This document shows positions 26,090-37,168 of a stretch of DNA of 64,000 nucleotides, piece by piece; positions within the stretch are counted from its first letter, which is position 1, and every line of letters starts with the position of its first letter. Location: positions 82,228 through 146,227 of the forward strand of contig DF237152.1 in the NCBI GenBank assembly GCA_000708835.1, read 5' to 3'. The translations under genes and the position numbers were made by a program. The notes under the pieces were generated by a model that was not told the origin of the DNA, did not search any database, and was given only the letters and a program-made list of their open reading frames with translations. The DNA comes from Klebsormidium nitens. Lineage: Eukaryota > Plantae > Klebsormidiophyceae.

Positions 26090-27119
26090 CGAAAAAACCG
26101 ACGCTCATTTCGCTTGTCAAGTGCCAATATTGCACGAGTTGTTCCATGTATGCGCTGGGATAGATATCGTGTTCGATTGCATCAGAAAGTGTGGACTGTA
26201 TTTCCACTCGTAACCAGGATTAAAGACCGACTTGGAATGTATTCAAACCCCTTCTTCCGACTATATATGAAAGATTCTCTTCATAGGGTCAGAATTCAAA
26301 GCACAATGTTGGTTGACGGTGCCGGCCAAGGGAGAGCTGGCCAACAATCACCTCCGGAAATATCACGTGTTGCCCCTTGGCCAAAAATCTCAGAATCACA
26401 TCACGTGGGCCAAAACCTTCTTTGTATGCGCAGTCCTTGGAGCGTGCAACATGGCAACATCAAGTTTATAGGTGTGTGTAATTGGGGCAATCTAGAGAGC
26501 TCCTTAGTTGGAAACAGCACAGGTACATACGAGTCGATTTTACCTAGCTTCATGATGCATGCAGCGCGGCCGCGCCATGCATGCACAATGTAACATGATA
26601 CGTGTCCATGCACTGACCGTCAGCGGCATATGCAGCTCCATGCAATCATGAACGTGCATGATGCGTCGTGCATCGATCATATCACGCGATCGATATGCGG
26701 CTGAGTAGGCCCGTGGCCGGGCTCCTCGCGCTAGCACACCGATGATCAGTAGAACTAGCTTGCAGAGCAAAGCAACCATCGTTGCAGTGCAGTTGATGAA
26801 GTCAAACAATTGGCTTGCACGCCAGAGTCGATGGCTGCAATCAAAGGATAGGACAGGCTCTGGGCGGCCACAATGCGAGCAGGCCGGACTCTCATTGATC
26901 AGCCAATGATTTAGATGCACACGGGACTAACTCTTCAGTCCATTTTAGTGACGGATACATGACCAAGCCTGTCTGCTCTTCAAGCAGTTCATAACCAAGA
27001 CCTTGGAAGTTGTTCAGACGTTTTCTAATCTTCAAGGACGGTATATGCTCCAACATATTACGGGTCAGCTGTAGTTGAGAATCTTTGCGAGCTCTTCACA
27101 AAACGCTGAATTTTCGCGA

Positions 27120-30100
27120 TTAGAGGGGCGCCAGATCAAGACCGTTCCCGTCTCCGAGAGATTTCATCTTCATTTCCACAAAAGGAAAGGCGACTTCCCC
27201 TGCAAGTGGTCCTAACACAGTACCTGCAGAAGACACAAACCAAGTTTGTTAGGTGACAAGGCGCTCATGTTGCCCAGCAAGAAAATGTCAGCATAAGAAA
27301 CCTCCCCAAATGTCGATCCCGTTTGTGAACCTCTACTTTTCCAGCGGACGATGCGCGCACCACTAAGGACTCGAGCCTTTGAGAATGCGCGGAGAAGACA
27401 GAGCAGCGGCCCGGCCACGTTCAACACAGACTTTGGCCCCTTTGAAATGAACACTGCGAAACGAGTCGAGCAGAATATGCAGGACAGTACGATCTAGACT
27501 TTTGAACAGGGGAAGAAATTCAAGGTTGAGGCCCAATATTGTGGTCGCCGCGTGCTGATATGGCAAATGTACCATCCGACGCGCTGCGATATACGGAGCC
27601 TCTTGGTTCGTAGACGCGCTCCCTCCCAAAAAAGAATCTGGAAAGAAGCAAAAAAGGAGGAACAAAGATTTAACGAGGCCCCTCACCGACTAAGGTCCCC
27701 TTGCCCGGCCACAGGAACGTGCCGACGGACGCGCCCAACGCAAACGCGACGAGATACACCAAGTTGCGCAGCGTGTTCCTCTTCATCCGCTTTGCGAGCA
27801 CGCATAACCCTTGCCGCTGGTCCGCGTAGTGATAGCAGTCGTACGCATCGACCCCAAACTGGACGAGCCAGCTCGCCGCGAGGAACAGGAGATAACCTGC
27901 GCGGACGGAAACATGGGGGAGGGGTCACAAAAGGATGTAACAAACGAAAACGGAATATGCCTGACCCTCTGGCGGACTTGGACGGCGTCAAAAATGCAAT
28001 GGTTACAAGCACCAATGACCATATTGTGAGATCTTGGCAGCGAGCAATCCGGTAAGTAGTAGCAATCATAGGCAATCGATTGCAAAGTGGACGAGTTGGC
28101 CGCGAGGAAGAGGAGGTAACCTCCAGGGAAGGTAAGAAGGGGGACGAGTTTCGGGATTTGAAAGATCATACAATCAATGTTTACGGTCTTGGGGAGCAGT
28201 TTTACCAGGTCTTTGCCCCGTGCAATCTGCTTCGTCCGTGCATGAACTATGCCAGCCAAAAGACCTTTCAAGGAGGCCGTCATTTAGGGCACAGTAGAGA
28301 AGTAGAAAGGAAGCAAAAGAAAGGGACCGGGTACTTGGGCTGAGACCATTGTTATAAGATCTAGGCCTTAGGTTGAGGCTTGGCACAAGAAGCGAGGGGC
28401 TCTCGCAAATGACTGGTCCAAGCTTTACAATCTGGCAACTAGAGGAGTCTTGTATGGCGGCTTGACTGGCGTTCCGCCAGAAACGATTCTGCAAACCCTG
28501 CCCGCGGAACTGCCATAAGGTCCCGGAGATTTGCCACAAAAGCAGAAGAGAAACAGAGCAAGAAATGATCGGAGATTCTGTACAGGATCAACGTTCAAGG
28601 ATGAGAAAGTTTTCCCACCTCTAGATGCGGTTGCGAACATTCGCCAGCTCGTCGACAAGCGGCCCAGCCCCCGCCCCGACTTTCGGACAGCTGATGCATT
28701 CAGATCTGCACAACAAGAATCTGCTTTGAGCTCTTTCTGCATGTAGCACAGGGGGAGAGCAGCTCCACTAAATTGACGGCAGGCTCCAGAAAACGGTAAC
28801 CGATTGAGCATCTCAAGGGGTGAGGAACAGCGTTTCCAAGTGGTAGCGCTGGCGCCAGAATGAAAGGGTGAAAACTGAGTGATTCTAAGACTACAAGTCT
28901 GGTATCAGCAAGTAAGGCATTCTTTTCCCAATCAGTTGTATTGATGAGCCCCGTCAAAAACAAGGGTAGAAAAACACCGTTAAGATCGTTTTCCTGAACA
29001 AGTACTAGCGAAACACTACGGTCTGAAAACAAATATTGTAAAGACTTTCAACGACTTCTTTTCTTTCCTTTCGTTCATAAGGATTCAATCACTTCTCGTC
29101 ACCCTGTGCAAGGGGACTAGACAGCCTACAGGAGTGATCAAGGCAAAAGCAAGGAGCGGATGCTTGCCCTTAGTCAGCTTCCACGCCGTGCGCCTCTCCA
29201 TGTGTTCCACGGCCCAGAAGGCAAGCACCTTCTTGGTTGCCCCTACAGCGAGCTGCAAGGCAGTGAAAGCTCTTTCAACAACAGCCTTATTCAGACTACT
29301 TTCGCCATTCTCCTTCTTACATGTCAATCCGATTGCTACTGATCAAAATTCAACATCTTACTAATCAGCGACCACAATGCGAAGCAAGATACGACGCTCT
29401 TCTTTCCAAGGGTGACTAGACATGAGTCCTGCGGCCGCGAGACAGGCTCGAAAAAGCAGCTTCGTTCAGACTCCGAAAGACCATGCCTGGAACTTGGGGG
29501 TATCCAGACGAAAGCATAAGATGAGCAACTCAGAAGCAAGGACAAGCCCGAACATTGACTCCCTGGCCATAGTTTTACACAAACACATGGATGTGACGTC
29601 GTCAGTTTCCGCTGAGCTGTGAACAAGCTAGTTTTCACAATCAACTTAGAAAATTTGAACATCAGCCCTATGAGTGGTGGTGCAAGTAAAAGTCACGATC
29701 CCCAGGGAACACAAAAGTGGGCAGCTTGCTCACCTCGCGCAAGATGGCCCTCCAACACTTCTCCATTTGCTCCTCCATGTTAGGCGGAGGTCCCATCCTT
29801 TCCCTCTGCACTTCGTCTTCATCATCCGAATCCACTATTGCATTCTCCTCCTCTACTTGCTTCTTCCAATACTCAACGAACGGGCCAATTGATTGCAGGA
29901 GGTTACGCAGGACTAGATAAAGAAAGTTCCTCCCCTTGAAGACAGCGTTCAGGGGCTCAATCTTGATCTCGTGATGTTTGTAAGCATAGAATAGGGTCTG
30001 CCCGTACAAGGGTGGAAGATACAAAGCTTGCTTCTCCTCTGCCGTGTAATAGTTCTCATTCACGGAGGGAATGAAAGACTTTGAGTGTGATGACTCAGGA

Positions 30101-30318
30101 GAGGGGCATTTTGTAGCCAGTGGTGCAATGCTGAGGCCCTCCACAGAGGACGGTGTTTGTACAGGATGTGGTGGTCGCAAGTTTGCAACAGATGCACAAC
30201 TTTTACTTTCCAGATCCGCCCAAGGAATGAATGCATTCCCCTGGCTACGCCCCAGGACAAATGTGACCGGCCTCCTCCAACGGTCCCTTCGTTGTGGTCC
30301 GAATCTTCTGTCCGCCAT
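27120..30318 (-). CDS. Conserved plant-type protein of unknown function with C-terminal hydrophobic helices, ~356 aa; exons 29734-30318, 29168-29252, 28619-28705, 27687-27896, 27120-27223
   Basis: Spliced product ...CWRAILRE|LAVGATKKVLAFWAVEHMERRTAWKLTK|DLNASAVRKSGRG...TASRG|YLLFLAASWLVQFGVDAYDC...FALGASVGTFLWPGKGTLVG|TVLGPLAGEVAF; exons sum to 1071 nt if one intron uses a GC donor. Resembles, from memory, an uncharacterised land-plant family with AWKLLKD..SAVRK / LGVAASWLVQ motifs. Confidence 0.72.
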
Positions 30319-30502
30319 TGTTTGTGCACTACCTCTTACAATTTATGCTGCTCGCGAGGGGCTGACGATGTCGCAAAACAAGCTGCGCAGTTCAATCGGG
30401 GACGAGCAAGAAATCTGCAAACCCTTCTGTAGCTCGACGAGGACCATTTAAGGACCTGCACTACTTAGCTGTTGCAGAAAGCGCTTGGTTCGTACCCTCC
30501 TG

Positions 30503-30578
30503 CTTCTCAGCTTTCTGGTGCATCACACTTTCTGGTGGCGCTTGCAACTTCTCAGCTTTCTGGTGCATCACACTTTCT
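30503..30578. repeat. 31-bp direct repeat (period 45) in the divergent promoter region
   Basis: cttctcagctttctggtgcatcacactttct at 30503 and 30548. Confidence 0.85.
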
Positions 30579-30953
30579 TCTTTGTGCAGGTAGACAGAAG
30601 CCTTGCACAAGTTTTCTAGGGTTCTGGAGTGCAATTCAGCTGAAACTCCAATGCAGGGTTGATTAGAGCTCAGCCGAAATTGCCACGTGTATTAGTCTGA
30701 AGGTCCTCGAGGCGTACGATTGACATGATCTATCAATCCAACCGTCCAATTTTGCTTTCCCCTCGTCCTGAACTGTCACCCTCTGATTTCGGCTTGACGG
30801 GCTTGGAAGGTCTTAACACTTCCATCCAGCTTTCGAGCTGCTCTGTTGTGGTGGTGCTCGGCAGGGAAAAGCGCTTCTCGAAGGTCTGTTTGGAGGGGAA
30901 AGCTGCACGTAGAGTTCTCATTGGTGTTGTTTCTATCAACCAAGCAAGCAGGC

Positions 30954-33900
30954 ATGAGCTACCAGGACGGAGGCGATGCCCCGAGCGAGCGCCCCAAGCT
31001 GAAGCTCGCTCCCCGGAGCGGCAATGCACCGTCTGGGGGGGCTCCGGCGACCAAGGTAAGCAGTTGCCGGCGTTCGCAAGATTTTCGTGGTTGAGGACAA
31101 TTGCGGACGAAGCTGGAAATCCAGTTGATCGGAGCCTGCATCCCCCCTCTAATGTGTGTTGATATCAATGTAGAATTGCTATGAATGGACATGTATAATG
31201 CAGAGCGCATTTGGCAAGATGACAAGGATAGTCTCATGGTGTAGCAAAGTGTGCAACGTAAAGCCGTGTCTAGGCTCCTCATCTCATATTTGCCGTTTGT
31301 TGCTAATGGCACCCAATCTTTGCTTCATACCTTGTTGATGTAGTACCATTACCAGCTGGAATAGCTCTGCACCTGGAGCTCCTGGAAGTTGCAAAAGACA
31401 ATCTGCTGAGTGTCGACAAATTGCTCAATCTGAGCTGAATGGAACTGATAAGTTTCCTTCCTGTCCTGCAGTCAAGCATCTTTGGAGCTGCGCGGCCCCG
31501 TGAGGCCATCATCGCTGAGAGAGAGGGCAAGGCTGAGGAGGAGATTATCAAGGAGGCCGCGAAGAAGGAATGGAAGCCTACGGTGAGTGCAAATGCACCA
31601 CCCTTCTGATCAATTGTGATCCTTTTCTGGTGAAGTTGATGTAGACAACGTCCAATGTACATGGTTGTGATTTCCTCAAATACTCTTCTCTTAATGTGCA
31701 CTCGGCTGCTCAAGCAATACTGTCTTGAACAAGTCGGTGTCTTAATGTAGAGAAGGTAATTGTTGTGTCAATGTTGTCATTAGTTTCTCTGAGTTCTTCC
31801 ATGTACCACCGAACTGCTTAAGGGCCTTCGTCTACTTCAGCAGTCTCGCTGTCATCCACGCCTGTTTACCAGGACTCTATTGGCCGCAGTCTCCTCTGGT
31901 TACATCTTAATCTTTTCTTCACTTGGTCGAGTACCTGTATTCTACTTGAGAATTTGGTATTGCCAGCGGCACTGAATGCATTTCATGATTCATTTGCAGC
32001 TCGTTTTGAGCGAGGAGCAGAAGGAGGAGAAGAAGGCACTTGAGGCAGAGCTGGCCTACGCAAAGGACCAGCTCGAGAAGGCTGTTGACCCGCTCAAGGC
32101 CAAAGATCTCAAAGAGGAAGTGGCAGAGAAGGAAACCAAGCTTGAGGACCTGTTGGCATCGTTTGAGGTAAGTCCTACTGTTCCGCAATCTCGTTGTCGC
32201 TTATGCGTTGAGGTTATGAATGATTGTCCACTGTGAGAAAGCCAAAATGTTGGAGGTCAATTGCTGTTTCAACTTTGTGTTCAACTTTGAGGCGAAGTGC
32301 GAGAAGTGAGATGGTAACGGTTGTTCATCTCTTCCTCATGCCTTTCCGGACGACCCAAGTAGGTGCCGAATGTGTTTTTTCCCAGGATTGTCGTGTTGTG
32401 CCTGAATTGAGTCATGCTTACCGACGTCATGTTACTCATGTTATCAAGGAAGTGCCTCTGCTAAGCTCAGGTGTTTGATTAGAAAGTCTTGAGTATTTTT
32501 ATCAGGCAAACGATTTCTTTATCTGGGGGAATTTCCAAGGAGGAGCCTGCATAATGCATCAGCTCAACAATTTTGGAACAAGTTTCAGAGGTCTTTTACT
32601 TTTGAGTTTGTCTGACATTAACTTACGCTCGACTCTTATTGAACCCAATTGAAGTGGTCGCGATCTCTGTGTTGTTTGTGTGCTTCCCTTTGGGGTGGCA
32701 ATGCGCAAAGCTCTTAGACACGCGTCTGGGCTTGCCGAATTATTTTACCACTCTCTCTGCTGCATTTTCTGGAAAACCTTGTTGGCATTGAAGTCCGTCG
32801 TCAAGGATACGTACAATATTATTCCCCCTCCCGCTTATCTTTCTTCGCTGTCTCCTGTTGCTGTAATAGTCCCCTCTCTTTGCTACCCTTGTCTCCACAC
32901 CAGATAGCCAGCGGCGGCTCCCTGCTTCCCAGGACTACACCAACAATCGGTGCAAATCTCAGGCCTTTTTCTTACCTACACATACACGACTCACCCCTTC
33001 TTTGCGAACGTTGCAGAAGCTGGCCGTGACAGCAGCGCAGAGCGGGGGGGTGGGGAAGCGCCCCTCTGAGCGCAAGCGCGATGCCGAGGAGCGGGCCGGG
33101 GGCGGTCAGCCTGGATATGGTGGCGGAGGCGGTGGATATGGGGGCGGCGGTGGTGGATACGGGGGCGGCGGCAGAGGCGGGGGGGGTGAGAGTTATGGCA
33201 ACTTCAGTCAGGGACGGGACCGTGAGCCTTATGGGGATGCGTGGGCTGGGAAGAACGGCGGCGGCGGCCGGGGGGGAAACACCTGCTACAATTGTGGAGA
33301 GGTGAGGGCATGTTTTTTAGCACTGAGTTGACGAACTTACTTAATTTTCCAGGAATAACCAGGCATGGGAGATGAGGGGATCGGGCCTTGGCGAGAAGCA
33401 GCACTATGATTGACAGTCTTGTTGGGAGCAGGGGATCGAAGCCTGCTTGATGAACTAATGTGCTGTCCTTATTTTGGTGTTCTTCGCGAGACACAGGAGT
33501 TGGACAGCGTGCCCGGATAATCAGGACACAAGAGCAGCGATTTATTTTGCAGGGATAGAGCAAAGCCTCGGTGGGGCCAAAAGATTGACCCTTACCCGAG
33601 ATTTCGTTCCTCTCGTGGAGTGCGAGGCAGTCTGCTCTTGCTTGTAGAGAGATAGCTTTGATGTCATTGCTTTACTCTGTGAGAGATATCTCAGCTGCCG
33701 CGTTCATGGTTTTACTTGCGGAATCGTAGTAATTTTTTGGCCCCACCTTCGCCGGCACTTGGTTTTGAAACGGGACTGAGGTGGCCAGCAGACCGCAGCT
33801 CGTTTTGAACTCGTGTCCGTCTCACTGCACCTTGTTCAATTGGCTAGTTACCGGTTACTCGTTTAGCGCCGGCATCGGGTTCTTGTTCGTAACTGCGTGA

Positions 33901-35371
33901 TGCGGGGCATTGATGGGTCCGAGCATCTCTCCTTGGCGCCCTAGTCTTTTCGGCCCAACACTGATCTTTCCTTTAACCACAGAATGTCTTCCGTACTCGT
34001 GCAAGACTTTTGCATCCTCCTTTTATGTCGCCAAGTAACAAGGCTTATACGTGCTGTGTCCGCTTATGTGTAAGAAAGCCGTTTCCCCCCCTGGTGTCTC
34101 TCCCAGCCAGCTTCGTGCTGCCCGAGTAGACCCGGGCGCTGACGGCGGCCCGACCCTTTGGCGCTTTCTTGAGATGCCCCTGGTTTTGAAGCCCAATTCA
34201 CAAATTTGGCCCATGAACCTGACTGCAAGCTTAACCCGGAGTTTCATCCCTGGGTTTGTAATGTCGCACCCCATCCGTGCAGGTGGGACACATCTCGCGT
34301 GAGTGCCCGAACCCCCCGAGCGAGGGCTCCCGCGGGTATGGCGGAGGTGGCGGCCGATCCGGTGGCGGCGGTGGCCGGGCCTGCTACAACTGCGGAGAGG
34401 TATGTCGAAGTCTTTGGGCTGCTTATTAGGGGCCTGCAATAGTTGACGCGGCGCTGTACTAAAAACACCTGCCCAACGCCCGTGTCTTGAGCGGCAGATG
34501 ATTCGGAGGGAGGCCATGTCTCTTCTCCTGCACTTACTTGCCGTGCTGATTGGGTGACTGCTGTTGATGTGGAAGGAACGGGGTGTGCGTATCAACCATT
34601 AGGTCTATGGTCACCTCATTCAACGGGAATTGGCTGCACTGGGCTATGAAATTGGTTGCACTGGTTTGGGCTAGTAAGGAGCATGACCGTCTTGGGAAGG
34701 CTGTTTGTGCCATTGGCGATGAAGTATGGAGTCCCGATTCGTCATGTGGTTTGTCAGAATTTGTTGTCCGTTGCCTCCAGGGGTCTTCAAGGTAGACCCG
34801 AATTGCGTCCCTGGACATATTTATCGTCAGGTCGAAAGCTGGACTACTACCGTACCTGTCTTTAATTTCGTCACCTTCGACGCCAAATAAAGAATCATGA
34901 AACTTTCTATCCTTTCGGCAGGCCTAGAGTTACCCGCTAAATCAACCACTATCGAACCATTATCGCCTCTCAATAATTTGCGAAATTTTCGGCAGGGCAA
35001 ATGATCCTTTAATCTTTGCCGAAATCAGATACAGGTACGGTAGTCCATTTGCATTCCCGGCATTTCAACATCGCAGTCACCAGAAGAACAGGGAACTGCT
35101 GCTGGTCATGGTGATCAGTCACTGATATCGAACGTGCCCCTTGCAGGAGGGCCACATCTCCCGCGAGTGCCCCCAGCCCCGCAGCGGCGGCGGCGGCGGC
35201 AGCTACGGCGGAGGGGGCAGCTATGGCGGCAGTTACGGCGGCAGTCGCGGGGCCGAGAGCTACGGCGACCGTTACGGATCTGGGGGGGGCGGCTATGGAG
35301 GCGGCGGCAGCTATGGCTCAGGTGGCGGCAGCTATGGCGGTGGGTACTCCGACAGCAACTCGCGCTTTTAG
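30954..35371 (+). CDS. Plant eIF4B-like module (RPKLKL / FGAARPRE / coiled coil) fused to two CCHC zinc knuckles and a Gly/Tyr-rich tail, ~335 aa; exons 30954-31055, 31472-31582, 32000-32167, 33017-33301, 34283-34399, 35147-35371
   Basis: ERPKLKLAPRS, SSIFGAARPREAIIAE, acidic/basic coiled coil; knuckles CYNCGE|VGHISREC and CYNCGE|EGHISREC; all phase-0 GT-AG introns. Confidence 0.8.
34850..35040. mobile_element. Tc1/mariner/pogo-type MITE, 191 bp, TIR CCGTACCTGT, TA target duplication
   Basis: ta|ccgtacctgt ... acaggtacgg|ta; internal tttcggca direct copies and an inverted tgccgaaa; non-coding. Confidence 0.65.
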
Positions 35372-35666
35372 GGGGGCACTAGGCGTGACGAGAGCGTGAC
35401 GGTCGAGGCACCCCAGAGGAAGATGAGCTTGTTGGTCAAGAGTCGTGTGGGGCTCGTTGAGTTTGATAAGTCCTTGGATAGGGTTCGGATGGGGCGTTGC
35501 GGTCGTTTGCGTGCGCATCAGCAAGTCGAGCTGCGCAGGTAAGTGTCGCTAGTATAGTTACCAGTGTCCGAAAGACTCACTGCAGAAGTGTGCTGATAGC
35601 TTGAATAGCTGAGAGTGTGGAGAGAATGATCTGGGGATCACACGATGCGCTTTGCATCCGTGACAG

Positions 35667-35812
35667 GCGGCCGGGACCGTGGTTACGATAACGACGACTC
35701 TCGGGGTGGGAGCTATGGGGGCCGTGGAAGTTCGGATTACGGCGGAAGCTACGGTGCGCGAGGAGGCAGCTACGACGGCTATGGGCAGGGCGGCCGCGGC
35801 CGGGACTACTGA
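35667..35812 (+). CDS. Alternative terminal coding exon of the eIF4B/knuckle gene (GGRDRGYDNDDSRGG...GRGRDY*)
   Basis: Acceptor ccgtgacag|gc (phase 1); open RGG/YGG-rich frame to TGA 35810-35812; phase-compatible donor ggcg|gtgggt at 35340 inside the previous exon. Confidence 0.65.
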
Positions 35813-37168
35813 AAGTTGCTTGCAGAGTTTGGAATGGCCAGATGCGATGTTCTACCTACAGTCTTGTGGTCCTTGGTTGAACTGATAGAGCCCCCTCGTG
35901 CTCGTGTCAGGGTGGCGAAGTCAACTGTCGGGTTGTCTCGTCACAAGCGACACTGTTTTGTGAGCGTTTATGTGATATGTCAGAGAATGAAACTCAGAAG
36001 TTGTTCATGTGATGTCATAGCGCTACAACCGCGGGTCTTTGTCCAGGCAAGAGAGGCTGTTCTTGTTAGCGTCCGTCTTTGCAAACTCTACCTGGATAAT
36101 TTAGCTGTTCGTTTTCAACTTTAGCTGGGCCCTATCTCCCGGATGCAATTTGCAATCTGCAAGGTAGCATCTCTGTATGCCTGTCACATGCATGGTTCCC
36201 ACCCCGTCACCACTCAGCCTTTTACTAATAAGTTTCACTATGATATAGTATCACCATTCAATAGACGGGTCGTCGTCAGTGCGACGTGGATACTTCTTAT
36301 AATTGCACGACATGGTATTAGTAGTACTCATGCATTTTCTCGAGATTTAGTCACTCGCCATGCATATATATGGATTGCGAGGCCCCATGTCCGGCCTGCA
36401 TGGCCCTACGTCATGCAGAATTTCGTGCATATGCCGTCAGGACTCGACGGCCAAAATTAACATGCTGGCGCGGCCGGGTGCATTGAAGCAGTTGAAAGTA
36501 ACGAATCGACCCCATACGAAGCCATGGCCGTGGCATTGATTCCATGCATGTTGATTTCCGCGCCCATGCTATACCATGTCACATTTATGATATAACATAC
36601 ACGCGCAATTCAAATTAGCCCAAGGCTAGGTACCTTCATGCCATAGGCGCACCCACCATGGCATGATACTCCAATCGAATTGCATGGATGAACGCAGGCT
36701 AGTGTAGCTTGTGTATATATTTCTCGACGTACCGTCAACCCCAATCCTCCATGCAAGCTAGGGCGTTCAAGGCCTGCAACAATGGACATGTTCAGGTGAA
36801 ATCAAATCGTATTCAGAAATAGGCACATGTAAGTGATTGTGTAAGTTAGATCATGGCTGGCGCCGTATGCCACATGGCCCGTAACTAGAACAGGCTGTGC
36901 GAAAGGCTCACAGGAAGTACGCTCTCGGCCACAAAAGATGCTAAGAATAGCCGCACAAGCTGGATTCGGCTGTCGACAATTGGATATACATATCAACACA
37001 ATTCCGGCCGTGTTGGGCGACTGCTAACGTTGCTACAGTCCCTTTCAATGCCCGGTTGACTTCCAAGGTTTGTAGAAATAAGGTATAGTGAAGGTCCGCG
37101 TGGTCAAGCACCCAAGCCGATGTAAATGGTCGCTTTTTGGGCATGCTTCGTTCATCTGCCTGCACTTT

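Noticed and set aside
27783-28283. 166-aa Cys-rich ORF suggestive of a CxC/transposase fragment
   Set aside because: It is a read-through of intron, the decayed exon copy and an off-frame part of the real exon; no catalytic motif.
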